A stretch of 64,000 nt of DNA, from NCBI GenBank assembly GCA_049585195.1, contig JBAUZG010000199.1, positions 10,918 to 74,917 on the forward strand. The letters are read 5' to 3'. The notes under the pieces are model-generated. The model was not told the origin of the DNA. It was given only the letters and a program-made list of their open reading frames with translations, and did no database searches. Within the stretch, counting starts at the first letter, position 1, and every line of letters begins with the position of its first letter. Shown here piece by piece: positions 36,660 through 45,771 of the stretch. This DNA is from Bryobacteraceae bacterium. GTDB lineage: Bacteria > Acidobacteriota > Terriglobia > Bryobacterales > Bryobacteraceae. The position numbers and the translations under genes are program-made.

Positions 36660-38459
36660 ATGATTCCTCAGCTACCTCTTCGAGACTTCGGACTGCAGAA
36701 CATTCCGGCAGTACCGTATCTGCTCACTTTCTCGGAGCCCTTGTTGACTCTGTTTCGTCTCGCTCGAAGGGCGCTTGAAGTCCAACCAGCGAAAGATGGA
36801 CTGTCGAACAGGTATACGATCGGTGCACAAACGGGCACTGCATATGAATTCCTCTTTGGCTCTTCTGCAGCGCAGGACCTGGCGCGGGCAACAAACGATC
36901 TAGAAGAAATTCTCGTCAAGGGTTTCGAAGGTGTCAGAGACGCCGCTCTTCGGCGCAGCGTTTCGGCATCAAGAGTTTCCAGCGCTACTCAAGGTCCCCT
37001 GTGGACGGGTCTTTCGCTAGAGAAGCCAGAAGATTTCTCAATTAGCTGGACGAATTTCGAGAACATTTATCAGAATGCGCAGTCTCTGCTTCCTGGGTGG
37101 GCGAACACCTTAGCATCGCTTGACGAGGCGGACCAACGATTTTGGCCAACGATAGCGAACTACGGAATAGCCTATAACCTAATTGTCTTGCAATTGGTGA
37201 CCAGCGCGAAGGCGGCTGCTTTGAAACCGCTGTTCGGAGACATGTGGAGCTTCGGCGGCTTGGATACCATGCAGAGCGAGGGTAGACTTTATGCCATCGA
37301 TCTCAGCATTTTCGGCGAGTTTGGTCCGGTCACAGTCGACGGCTGGACACGCTTCACTCCTGCAACGATCACGCTCTTGGAACAAAATGCAGCCACGAAG
37401 GCATTGAAGCCTCTCGCCGTACACGTTGCAAACGGAAGTCAATCGCAGCTCTATTCTCGAACCCGGACACCCGATGCGTGGCTTTATGCGCTTCAAGCCG
37501 CCAAAGCCTCTTTGACCGTTTACGGAATCTGGTTAGGCCACGTCTACCACTGGCACATTGTCACCGCAGCGCTGCAAATGACGATGTTCAACACGTTGAG
37601 CGCAGATCATCCTATTCTTCAGCTCGCATCGTCGCAATCGAACTATCTGATCGCATTCAACGAAGTGCTGCTGCTGTTGTGGGACTATATCGCGCCACCT
37701 ACGTCGATTGCGACGCCGTTTCAGTTCCTCGAACTGTGTGATGGCTTTGCCAATGGCCGCCGGTTTTTTGATGACGATCCAAAGTCGGCTCTAGCGCAGT
37801 TGGGCCTTGAGCAGGCGGCCTTCACCCGCAATGAGCCATGGGATCTCTATCCGCTAGTTCGTAATCTGTTGAGGATTTGGGATTCCACGCAAACCTTCGT
37901 CGATATCTTCGTGGAGAAGACCTATTCGGACGACCAGGCTGTAGACCTGGATACACAACTGCAGGCGTGGATGACGGCCAGCGCCGATCCTAACCAAGGC
38001 AATATTCGCGGGCTTCCAGCAATGAATACCAAGGCTGCGCTGAAAGCCGTGCTCGCCAGCTTCCTCTACCGCATGACGGCGCACGGAATTTCACGCTTGA
38101 ACAACTCGGCGAATCCAGCGCTGACATTCATTGCGAACTTCCCTCCCTGTCTTCAGAAGAGCGACCTACCGACCGCACAGGCAGACCTGGACGTGAAATC
38201 GTTGCTCGGATACCTGCCAAAAACCGGAACCATTGGCAAGATGGTGACCTTTTATTTCACGTTTGTCTTCTCCGTGCCTTATACTTCATTTATTCCACCA
38301 ACAGGTGTGGAGTCGGACCTCTTCTTCCCATCCGGATTGGGCGATCCTCGCAATGTGGCTCTGGTCGCTCGACGGAAAGATTTGATCTCGTTTATCGAAA
38401 ACGTCTACCAGCCTGAGCAACCCCAAATTTACCAATGGCCGATGTGCATTGAGACATAA
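36660..38459 (+). CDS. Lipoxygenase-like protein
   Basis: GRLYAID, LKPLAV, W..A, H-x4-H (GHVYHWH), HPILQL, YPL...IWD, DTQLQAW, TAHG, C-terminal CIET occur in lipoxygenase order. Confidence 0.75.
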   Translation: MIPQLPLRDFGLQNIPAVPYLLTFSEPLLTLFRLARRALEVQPAKDGLSNRYTIGAQTGTAYEFLFGSSAAQDLARATNDLEEILVKGFEGVRDAALRRSVSASRVSSATQGPLWTGLSLEKPEDFSISWTNFENIYQNAQSLLPGWANTLASLDEADQRFWPTIANYGIAYNLIVLQLVTSAKAAALKPLFGDMWSFGGLDTMQSEGRLYAIDLSIFGEFGPVTVDGWTRFTPATITLLEQNAATKALKPLAVHVANGSQSQLYSRTRTPDAWLYALQAAKASLTVYGIWLGHVYHWHIVTAALQMTMFNTLSADHPILQLASSQSNYLIAFNEVLLLLWDYIAPPTSIATPFQFLELCDGFANGRRFFDDDPKSALAQLGLEQAAFTRNEPWDLYPLVRNLLRIWDSTQTFVDIFVEKTYSDDQAVDLDTQLQAWMTASADPNQGNIRGLPAMNTKAALKAVLASFLYRMTAHGISRLNNSANPALTFIANFPPCLQKSDLPTAQADLDVKSLLGYLPKTGTIGKMVTFYFTFVFSVPYTSFIPPTGVESDLFFPSGLGDPRNVALVARRKDLISFIENVYQPEQPQIYQWPMCIET

Positions 38460-38549
38460 GCAAATAAGCGCGGCTGACGGGTGCGGCCTTTCGCGCTCAT
38501 CATTCAAAGCGAAGCGTACAGGCCGCCCAGCACACAATGCGGGAAGGAA

Positions 38550-38747
38550 GTAAAGATTCCGTGGGCCGTTACGGAAATCTGGCCGATCAGCCTCCGGCGC
38601 CGTTACACTATATGACCGCCCCCCGCGGCCTGAACATGCGCTGTAGCCATGGCCGTGAGGCTCTTGTTGCGGAGCGGATCGCTGAAGGCAAGGATCGAAA
38701 CTATCTTTTCACCCTGCGGCGTGCCTGGACCTTAAACCGGGTTATCG
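38550..38747. repeat. Cluster of module-boundary element fragments at the right edge of the accessory region
   Basis: TGGGCCGTTACGG..ATCT and GCGCCGTTACAC (minus-type); CGCTGTAG and AAACCGGGTTATCG, identical to 33658-33671 (plus-type). Confidence 0.5.
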
Positions 38748-38835
38748 GAAAAGTGCCGGTTATTTAAGTTAGCGCTTATGAGGAGCAGGACCCCTTTCTG
38801 TCGGTCTTGACAGTGTGTCATGAGCCAGACTTGAG

Positions 38836-38889
38836 ACCACTCCCTTGCGGTTGTGGCTCGGAAACGAGGCGAGCCGCGCGCGCCAGCAA
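38836..38889. repeat. REP-like element
   Basis: ACCACTCCCTTGCGGTTGTGGCTCGGAAACGAGGC matches 45119-45153 at 33/35 and is followed by the inverted partner GAGCCGCGCGCG. Confidence 0.75.
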
Positions 38890-38958
38890 TCAGACCGCAG
38901 ACGAACTTCGACTAGTCACGATCACATTTTCCTAATGAGTTCGGTACGGTAAACGCAG

Positions 38959-41148
38959 ATGCCCGTCGAGCATTCCATCGAGCCTGAGGCCCCGCCGAAA
39001 GTGCCGCCAGTTCTGGAACCGCCCAATCGTTGGAAGTTGTTTTGGCGCGCAGTCACACGGTTTGAACGAAACAAGATCATTCCGCGCGTTGCGCTGCGCA
39101 ACGCGATCGGCGTTGCGCTTCCTCTTGGGATAGGAGTGCTGACGGGATTCACGCTGAGCGGCGTGGCTCTTGCCTCAGGTGCGCTGAACGTCTCCTATTC
39201 CGATGGCGAAGATTCCTACTCGCAGCGTGCACGCCGAATGCTTGCGGCGAGCGTGCTGACTGCGTTCGCCGTTCTTATTGGTGGAATCATCGGACGTGAC
39301 ACCGTCTGGGTGACATTGATTACTGCGATGTGGGCATTTGTCGCCGGATTGGCCGTGTCACTCGGAACAACGGCGGGCGATCTCGGTGTTATCAGCCTGG
39401 TGACGCTCGTCGTTTATTCGGCTCAGGCGTTGAGCGCCGTCAACGCCGGCTGGGCGGCGCTTCTAGCTCTTGGCGGCGCTTTGTTTCAAACTGGCTTGGC
39501 ATTGATGTTTTGGCCGGTCCAGCGCTACCAGCCCGAACGGCTCGCACTGGGTAACTTGTATCTCGAGCTTGCCCGCGTCGCCTCGCGGTTTGGGGAAGTA
39601 GAGGGTGCTCCGCCAGCAAGCCAGGCGAGCACGGCCGCACAACAGGTATTGTCGAACCTCGACCGGGATCAGAGGATTGAAAGCGAGCGCTACCGATCTT
39701 TGTTGAACCAGGCGGAACGTATTCGGCTGTGTCTGCTTACACTCGGCAGGCTGCGGCGAAGAATGTCCCGCGAGCCCTCGGGGCAGCAAATAATGCCATC
39801 TCTAGATCGTCTGCTCGAGGTGGCGGCCGATCTGCTCTATTCAGCCGGACGGTCCCTGAGTGCTAACGAAAGCCTCGAGGTTGCGCGCCAGGATTTGAAG
39901 AACTTTTCCGCCCTCACCATAACGGTGCGCGAGAAGCTTTCGGGCGATCTGCCGCCGTTTGCGCGCGCCGTGGCTGCCGACATACTACTTCAGGCCGACG
40001 CGCTGGCGGGACAATTTCGAGCGGTTGTCGATTTGGCGGAGCATGCGAGCCCCGCCGGGTTGGATGCGTTTGCCAAAAAGGAGTCGTCGCGGCCGGCAGC
40101 GCTGCGGATCGCGGGAACGCTGGCGACGCTCCGAGCCAATTTGTCGTTAAACTCCGCCGCGTGCCGGCACGCCATTCGCCTGGCAGTCTGTCTGGCGGCT
40201 GGCGACTCCATTGCCCACATGCTCGGATGGCGGCGTTCGTACTGGCTGCCCATGACTATTGCCATTGTGCTCAAACCGGATTTCACAGCGACGTTCAGCC
40301 GCGGCGTGTTGCGCCTGGCGGGCACATTCGGAGGCCTTGGTGTCGCGACAGTCCTGTTCTATTTCATTGATCCTTCTCGAATGATGCAGGTTGTTTTTGT
40401 CGCTTTGTTCACCTATGCGCTTCGCTGTGTCGGACCGGCCAACTACGGAATCCTGGTGGTGTCTATCAGCGCGCTTGTCGTGTTGCTGGTAGGACTGACG
40501 GGCGTTCCGGCGTGGCAGGTGATCTCGGCGCGCGCGGCGAATACAGCCGCGGGGGGCTTGGTCGCTCTTGTTGCATACCTGGTGTGGCCGACCTGGGAAA
40601 AAACGCAAGTGCGCGAGCAATTTGCTTGCATGCTCGATGCATACCGCAAGTACTCCCAGGCTATTGCTGCCGTCTACTATAAGGAGATTGATGAGGAGAC
40701 CGCCGGACTCGAGCGGTTTCGACTCGAAGCCCGCCTGGCACGCTCGAATGTGGAGGCCTCTGTGGACCGGCTGATGGTTGAACCAGGCGTCAGTAAAGAA
40801 CAGGCAGGTGCTGCCGCCGCCATGCTCGCGAGCTCGCACCGTCTGATTTATGCCTTGATGGCTCTCGACGCCGGGATTCGAAGCAGCGCTCCCGTTCCTC
40901 CGCGCGAAGCATTCAAAACCTTTGCCAAAGACTTCGATCTCACGTTATTTTTGCTTGCCGGCGCTTTGCGTGGGGCGCCCTTCGCGAAGAAACAGCTGCC
41001 CGATTTGCGCGAGGATCACCGGGTTCTCCTCGAATCTGGCGACCCAACAGCCGAGCGTTATGCTCTGGTCAATGTTGAAACCGACCGTCTGACGAACAGC
41101 TTGAACACGCTCCGGGAGCAGGTGGCAAGAATCACCTCCAAAAAGTGA
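38959..41148 (+). CDS. FUSC-family (YccS/YhfK-like) membrane protein
   Basis: N-terminal TM block; RHAIRLAV..RSYWLPMTIAIVLKPDF..RLAGT..LVWPTWE. Confidence 0.9.
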   Translation: MPVEHSIEPEAPPKVPPVLEPPNRWKLFWRAVTRFERNKIIPRVALRNAIGVALPLGIGVLTGFTLSGVALASGALNVSYSDGEDSYSQRARRMLAASVLTAFAVLIGGIIGRDTVWVTLITAMWAFVAGLAVSLGTTAGDLGVISLVTLVVYSAQALSAVNAGWAALLALGGALFQTGLALMFWPVQRYQPERLALGNLYLELARVASRFGEVEGAPPASQASTAAQQVLSNLDRDQRIESERYRSLLNQAERIRLCLLTLGRLRRRMSREPSGQQIMPSLDRLLEVAADLLYSAGRSLSANESLEVARQDLKNFSALTITVREKLSGDLPPFARAVAADILLQADALAGQFRAVVDLAEHASPAGLDAFAKKESSRPAALRIAGTLATLRANLSLNSAACRHAIRLAVCLAAGDSIAHMLGWRRSYWLPMTIAIVLKPDFTATFSRGVLRLAGTFGGLGVATVLFYFIDPSRMMQVVFVALFTYALRCVGPANYGILVVSISALVVLLVGLTGVPAWQVISARAANTAAGGLVALVAYLVWPTWEKTQVREQFACMLDAYRKYSQAIAAVYYKEIDEETAGLERFRLEARLARSNVEASVDRLMVEPGVSKEQAGAAAAMLASSHRLIYALMALDAGIRSSAPVPPREAFKTFAKDFDLTLFLLAGALRGAPFAKKQLPDLREDHRVLLESGDPTAERYALVNVETDRLTNSLNTLREQVARITSKK

Positions 41149-41178
41149 CAGCCGATGGAATACACTGTTTATCCAGCC

Positions 41179-43530
41179 ATGAAGCTATGCCGTCTTCTGG
41201 TTTGTTTGGCCGTTTTGTGCAGCGGGGCGTTGTGTCAGGAGCCCACTGCGGCGTCTCTTGAGGCGTCGCTGCGCGATCTCTCCATCGATCCGAACGAGAT
41301 TTACCACGTCCGCGATTTGCGGTTCGCGAGAGGCGATTTCACCATATACCTCAACGATGGTCTGCTCGCTTTCACTAAGCCGGTGGGCGGCCAAGTTATC
41401 GGTGCCGTGTTTACCACCGCCGGCACGGAGGCGGGCGATGCGGAAATCATTGTTACTCCTCCGACTCGAGGCGAGCGCGCTTCGCTCGCTTATTTCACAA
41501 AGACGCCGAATCTTGACGAACATTTTTCTCAAGCCGTTTTCGTCTTCAGCGATCAGATGCGTGCCGAGGCGCTCCATCAAATGGAGCAAAACGAAGCCAA
41601 GAAGGCCAGCGTGGATGCGGTGGCTTTTAGCGCGCAATGGAACCAGACGCTCGAAGTAGTTGCTGGAGATGTCGAGGTGCCATTGCTCGGTTCAATGCTC
41701 AACCACGACCCGCCGGCGAAGGCCGTTTTCTATGCCGTGATGGGAGGGAAAACGCTGGGGGCGTTTGAAATCTCCTACAATCCGCACCAGACCGAGAGCA
41801 GCGCGGTAGGGCGTTCCGGCGAGGGTGCAGGGGCCAGCTTTCAGGTGTGGACCAGCTTCACTCCCAGAAAGTCTCCCTCCCCCCTGCCTCAGCCGTTCAG
41901 CACGCCAGCCTACAGAATTGAAGCGGATATTTCGCCTAGTTTGAAGGTTTCGGCCACGACAAGCTTCAGCACCACATCGCACGATCCGAACCTTCGCGCC
42001 ATTGAGCTCGAGCTCAGCGGGCTGATGAACGTCACGTCGGCGACTATCAATGGCGCCCCAGTGGAGGTCGTCCAGTCGCAATCTTCGCGCGATGTCGACG
42101 ATTTCAATGTCAGCCGGTTGCTGTTGGTTGCTCCTCAGCCCTTTCCCGTAGCTACGCCGCTCCAAGTCGAAATCCATCATGAGGGCTCAGTGATTCGCGA
42201 TGCCGGCGAGGGAATCTATTTCGTCGAGGCGCGCAACATCTGGTTCCCGCACTTGCCGCTCGATTCAGCGAAGTTTGACCTGACGTTTCGCTGTCCATCT
42301 CAATTGCGGGTCATCTCGAGCGGAAAGTTGGCGAGCGAAACCGTCGACGGCGGCGTGCGGGTGATTCACCGTGTGCTCGATAGCCCTGCTCAGTTCGTCG
42401 GCTTCAACGTAGGAGATTTCGAGGGCGTCGCACGCGATCAGCCCCCGTTCCATGTCGAATTCTATGCAAATCGGACCATTGCGGACCGGATCCTTCGATC
42501 GGGAGTTCCGCCATCGGGCGCAAATTCGGGGCAGGTGAACATTGCGTCCGCGAGCGGGCACGAGTCGCTGCCAGCCGGGATGCCAGTCGAACTCGAGGCG
42601 ATGGCGGGGCGCGCGGCCGAAATACTTGGGGAGTTTGCCAGTGAATGGGGGCCAGCGCCCACCAACAACATCGCCGTCACGCCTATCCCGGGGAATTTCG
42701 GGCAAGGCTTTCCAGGCCTCATTTATCTTTCCATTTACTCGTACCTTCCCGTGTCACTGAGGCCTTCTTACATTCGCGACTCGATCCTGAATGTCTTTTA
42801 CTCGGAAATCCTGTTGCCGCATGAAATTGCTCATCAATGGTGGGGCAACCTGGTGCTGGCAGACGATTACAGAAGCAACTGGCTGGTAGAGGCGCTTGCG
42901 AACTATGCAGCCCTTGAATTTTTTGAGAAGGAGAGAGGCGGCGCCGCTCTCGAGGAATTGCTTAAGTTTTATTTGAAAGAACTCAGCTCGACCGGCAAGA
43001 GCGGAAAACCAATCGAATCCGACGGGCCGCTCAATATCGGGTTGCGTCTTCGAGCCTCGGACGCGAACGCCTGGCGCGTCATCACCTACGATAAGGGCAC
43101 GTGGGTGATCCGCATGCTTGCGTTGCGAATGGGCCGGCAGCGGTTCGCAGAGTTTTTGCGCGCCCTCGCTCGGGATGCAGCCGGCAAGGGCTTGTCTAAC
43201 GAAGCATTCAGGCGCGAAGCCATGCGGTTCTTGCCGGAAGGAGACCCGGACCCTGGTCTCGAGTATTTTTTCGATGCCTGGGTATACGGCACCGGTATCC
43301 CGCGTCTTTCCTTGCAGCATGTGAGAGCCAATCAATATGTGCTACGACAGTCCGGAGTGGATAGAGAATTCAGTGTAGACGTACCGATGCAGGTGAAGGC
43401 TGCCGGTGCGGCCGATAAAGTCTTGTGGGTTCGTTCGAGCGCTGAGGGTACGCCTTTTACGGCTCCAGGTCCCCCATCTTCCGAAGTGCTATTGCCTTTA
43501 CTGTCAGATTTCCTCTACACACCCGACTGA
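41179..43530 (+). CDS. Secreted M1-family zinc aminopeptidase
   Basis: HEIAHQWWG-..WLVEALANY, YDKG; signal peptide from MKLCR. Confidence 0.9.
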   Translation: MKLCRLLVCLAVLCSGALCQEPTAASLEASLRDLSIDPNEIYHVRDLRFARGDFTIYLNDGLLAFTKPVGGQVIGAVFTTAGTEAGDAEIIVTPPTRGERASLAYFTKTPNLDEHFSQAVFVFSDQMRAEALHQMEQNEAKKASVDAVAFSAQWNQTLEVVAGDVEVPLLGSMLNHDPPAKAVFYAVMGGKTLGAFEISYNPHQTESSAVGRSGEGAGASFQVWTSFTPRKSPSPLPQPFSTPAYRIEADISPSLKVSATTSFSTTSHDPNLRAIELELSGLMNVTSATINGAPVEVVQSQSSRDVDDFNVSRLLLVAPQPFPVATPLQVEIHHEGSVIRDAGEGIYFVEARNIWFPHLPLDSAKFDLTFRCPSQLRVISSGKLASETVDGGVRVIHRVLDSPAQFVGFNVGDFEGVARDQPPFHVEFYANRTIADRILRSGVPPSGANSGQVNIASASGHESLPAGMPVELEAMAGRAAEILGEFASEWGPAPTNNIAVTPIPGNFGQGFPGLIYLSIYSYLPVSLRPSYIRDSILNVFYSEILLPHEIAHQWWGNLVLADDYRSNWLVEALANYAALEFFEKERGGAALEELLKFYLKELSSTGKSGKPIESDGPLNIGLRLRASDANAWRVITYDKGTWVIRMLALRMGRQRFAEFLRALARDAAGKGLSNEAFRREAMRFLPEGDPDPGLEYFFDAWVYGTGIPRLSLQHVRANQYVLRQSGVDREFSVDVPMQVKAAGAADKVLWVRSSAEGTPFTAPGPPSSEVLLPLLSDFLYTPD

Positions 43531-43566
43531 TGGATGACCCGGCTCGAATTCGCCTTTTGTTTCACC

Positions 43567-43593
43567 TGTAAACCTTCCGTCAACGAACCCGTT
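43567..43593 (+). promoter_or_regulatory. Putative ECF autoregulatory promoter
   Basis: TGTAAAC-N16-CGTT about 20 bp before the sigma ATG (AAC/CGT pattern); TATAAT also present at 43596. Confidence 0.4.
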
Positions 43594-43611
43594 TTTATAA
43601 TTGCAGCGCGT

Positions 43612-44232
43612 ATGATGAACGTCATGGCCGAGCCTCTGGAAGCCTACGCGCGGCAAAGTGTGGACCTTGGGGACTTCGGCAGCTGGATGGCGAGCGAGCA
43701 GAAGCGAATTTTTCTGCTCTGTAAGCGGCTTCTCCAAGATACGGACGAGGCTGACTCCGCCACGCAGGATGTTTTCCTGAAGGCGTTCAAGGCTTTGAAG
43801 AACTTGAATGTTCAGGAGTTAGACCATCCCGAGAGATGGGTGACGCGGATTGCGGTAAATACGTGCCTCGACCGGCTGCGATCGAACGCATGGAAGATTT
43901 GGCGAAAACGGCCTGCGCCCGAGGATGAAAGCCTGATACTCTCGATGACGGCTAGGCGCGAGCCGGACGCGGAGGCGCAAGCATTCGCGAAGGAAATCCA
44001 ACAAAGATTGGAAAAGGCTCTGGTCAAATTATCGGAACGGCAACGCGCGGTGTTCACGCTGCGCCATTACGATGCGTATAGCTTAGATGAGATTGCTGAA
44101 ATTCTGAAGCTCGATACCGGAACGGTGAAAGCACACTTGTTCCGCGCATTGGGGAAATTGCGCGAAGAGCTCAGAGACGTGTATGGGTCGCGCCAGACTG
44201 CTGGCGCGCCTAGAAACATTGAGGGAGTGTAG
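43612..44232 (+). CDS. ECF sigma-70 factor
   Basis: EADSATQDVFLKAF, WVTRIAVNTCLDRLR, LSERQRAVF, GTVKAHLFRA. Confidence 0.95.
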   Translation: MMNVMAEPLEAYARQSVDLGDFGSWMASEQKRIFLLCKRLLQDTDEADSATQDVFLKAFKALKNLNVQELDHPERWVTRIAVNTCLDRLRSNAWKIWRKRPAPEDESLILSMTARREPDAEAQAFAKEIQQRLEKALVKLSERQRAVFTLRHYDAYSLDEIAEILKLDTGTVKAHLFRALGKLREELRDVYGSRQTAGAPRNIEGV

Positions 44233-44235
44233 TTA

Positions 44236-44669
44236 TGACGGCGAGACATTGGACCGAAGATGAGCTAGTCGCTCATCTTTACGGCGTCGGGCCCGCGGAC
44301 GGCCACATTGAAGAGTGCGGCGAGTGCTCGAGCCGCCTTCAGAGTATGCAAGACGCCCGCGCGTTGAGCGAAGCGGCGGCTGCCAGCTCCATTCAGCCAA
44401 GCTTTGAGTTCCTGGCAGCACAACGGCGGAGGATTTATCAGCGGCTCTCGAAGCCTGCCCAGTTTGGGTTTGTGCGGCGGTTCGCCCCGGCGGTAGCTGC
44501 GTCGCTCGCCATCGCGGGGGGACTTCTATTCTTCGAGCAGCAGCATAGCGACGTCTCGCGTCCGATGGTAAAGCCGGCCGACACGGAGCTTGTAGAAGAC
44601 GTCGGAAGGACGGCTATGAATCCGGAGCCGGCGCCCTTAGCTCCACTTCAGGCGCTGTTTGAAGAATGA
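44236..44669 (+). CDS. Zinc-binding membrane anti-sigma factor
   Basis: HIEECGEC (HxxxCxxC) plus one TM helix, directly after the ECF gene. Confidence 0.85.
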
Positions 44670-45097
44670 GGCAGCTCTTACAGACTACTGTGTTGTGCGC
44701 GGCCGTAATGTTGCCGCTGACCGCGCAGAATCGGGCTAATTTTGCGTGGTGGAATACGCCGGTCGTCAACGACCTCAATCTTTCAGACGCCCAGCGCAAG
44801 CAGATCCGCGAAACCGTGTCCTCCTATCGGAGCAGGCTTATCGATGCTCGCGCCGCTGTTCAGAAAGCTCAGGGTGAGCTGCAGGACGTTCTAAACAGCG
44901 ATCACATCGAAAACGCCCAAGTGGACGCGGTTGCGGACAAGTTGGCGAAGGCGCAGGCGGAAAGCGTTCGCGTATTTACTGAAATGAGCCTGCACGTTCG
45001 CGCCGTACTCACCCTCGATCAGTGGCGCGAGCTGGTGAAACGGTGGGGCTCGCTCGAAAAGGGCGCGCGGCCCACCGATACTCAGGTCCAACCGTAG
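44666..45097 (+). CDS. Spy/CpxP-like periplasmic protein
   Basis: Signal peptide; LNLSDAQ and VLTLDQ (LTxxQ-like motifs). Confidence 0.8.
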   Translation: MRQLLQTTVLCAAVMLPLTAQNRANFAWWNTPVVNDLNLSDAQRKQIRETVSSYRSRLIDARAAVQKAQGELQDVLNSDHIENAQVDAVADKLAKAQAESVRVFTEMSLHVRAVLTLDQWRELVKRWGSLEKGARPTDTQVQP

Positions 45098-45118
45098 CCG
45101 TAGCGAAAGTTCGTCGCA

Positions 45119-45200
45119 ACCACTCCCTGGCGGTCGTGGCTCGGAAACGAGGCTCGTTGGATTCAAATGTTTGGCCGAGCCGCGCACGCGAGTAAGCGGG
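45119..45200. repeat. REP-like inverted pair between convergent genes
   Basis: CCACTCCCTGGCGGTCGTGGCTCGG...CCGAGCCGCGCACGCGAGTAAGCGG. Confidence 0.75.
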
Positions 45201-45223
45201 CCGTGACCAACTCCCGCCAACTT

Positions 45224-45667
45224 TCACTTGTGTGAATTGACGGCTACCATCACGTGCTGCGGCCCATTGGGCGTGTTGTCGGCTTCAATCTCGTTCGGAT
45301 TCAGAGCCCTGAATGAATAGACCTGGCCAATCGCGCCGCAGTGGAACTCTTTTACAGCGTACGAGCCGCCAACCTTTTCCAGCCGAAGATAGTTGACGTT
45401 CGCCTTGTTAACAAACGAGTAGGCGCCAAGAAGCTTGATTTGAGAGCCTTCCGGACCTTTAAGCCGTAGGACTTGCTGACCGTCGATCAAATGCTGTATC
45501 TGGAGCGTATAGTGTCCCGGCGGCAAGGTTAGTTGGGCAAGGTGAGTTTTCACGGGAAGGTCGAACTCCCCCTTCACTTCTGTGGTTTGTGCGGTTGCCC
45601 TTAGCGGTAAGAGAGCTGCCCCGGCGGCCAGGGCGAATGTCAGTGCGTAACGAGTAATGGAAGTCAA
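45224..45667 (-). CDS. Secreted hypothetical protein
   Basis: Signal peptide; FDLP..TLPPGHY beta-rich motif. Confidence 0.7.
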   Translation of the reverse strand: MTSITRYALTFALAAGAALLPLRATAQTTEVKGEFDLPVKTHLAQLTLPPGHYTLQIQHLIDGQQVLRLKGPEGSQIKLLGAYSFVNKANVNYLRLEKVGGSYAVKEFHCGAIGQVYSFRALNPNEIEADNTPNGPQHVMVAVNSHK

Positions 45668-45771
45668 GTGAGTTCTCCTCGAACAGATTTGCGAACCATC
45701 CGTGTGGGAAGTTCGTCATTCAATTCATAACCGCAAAGTGGCCGGTTGTTTGCTCAAGAAGAACTCAGGAA

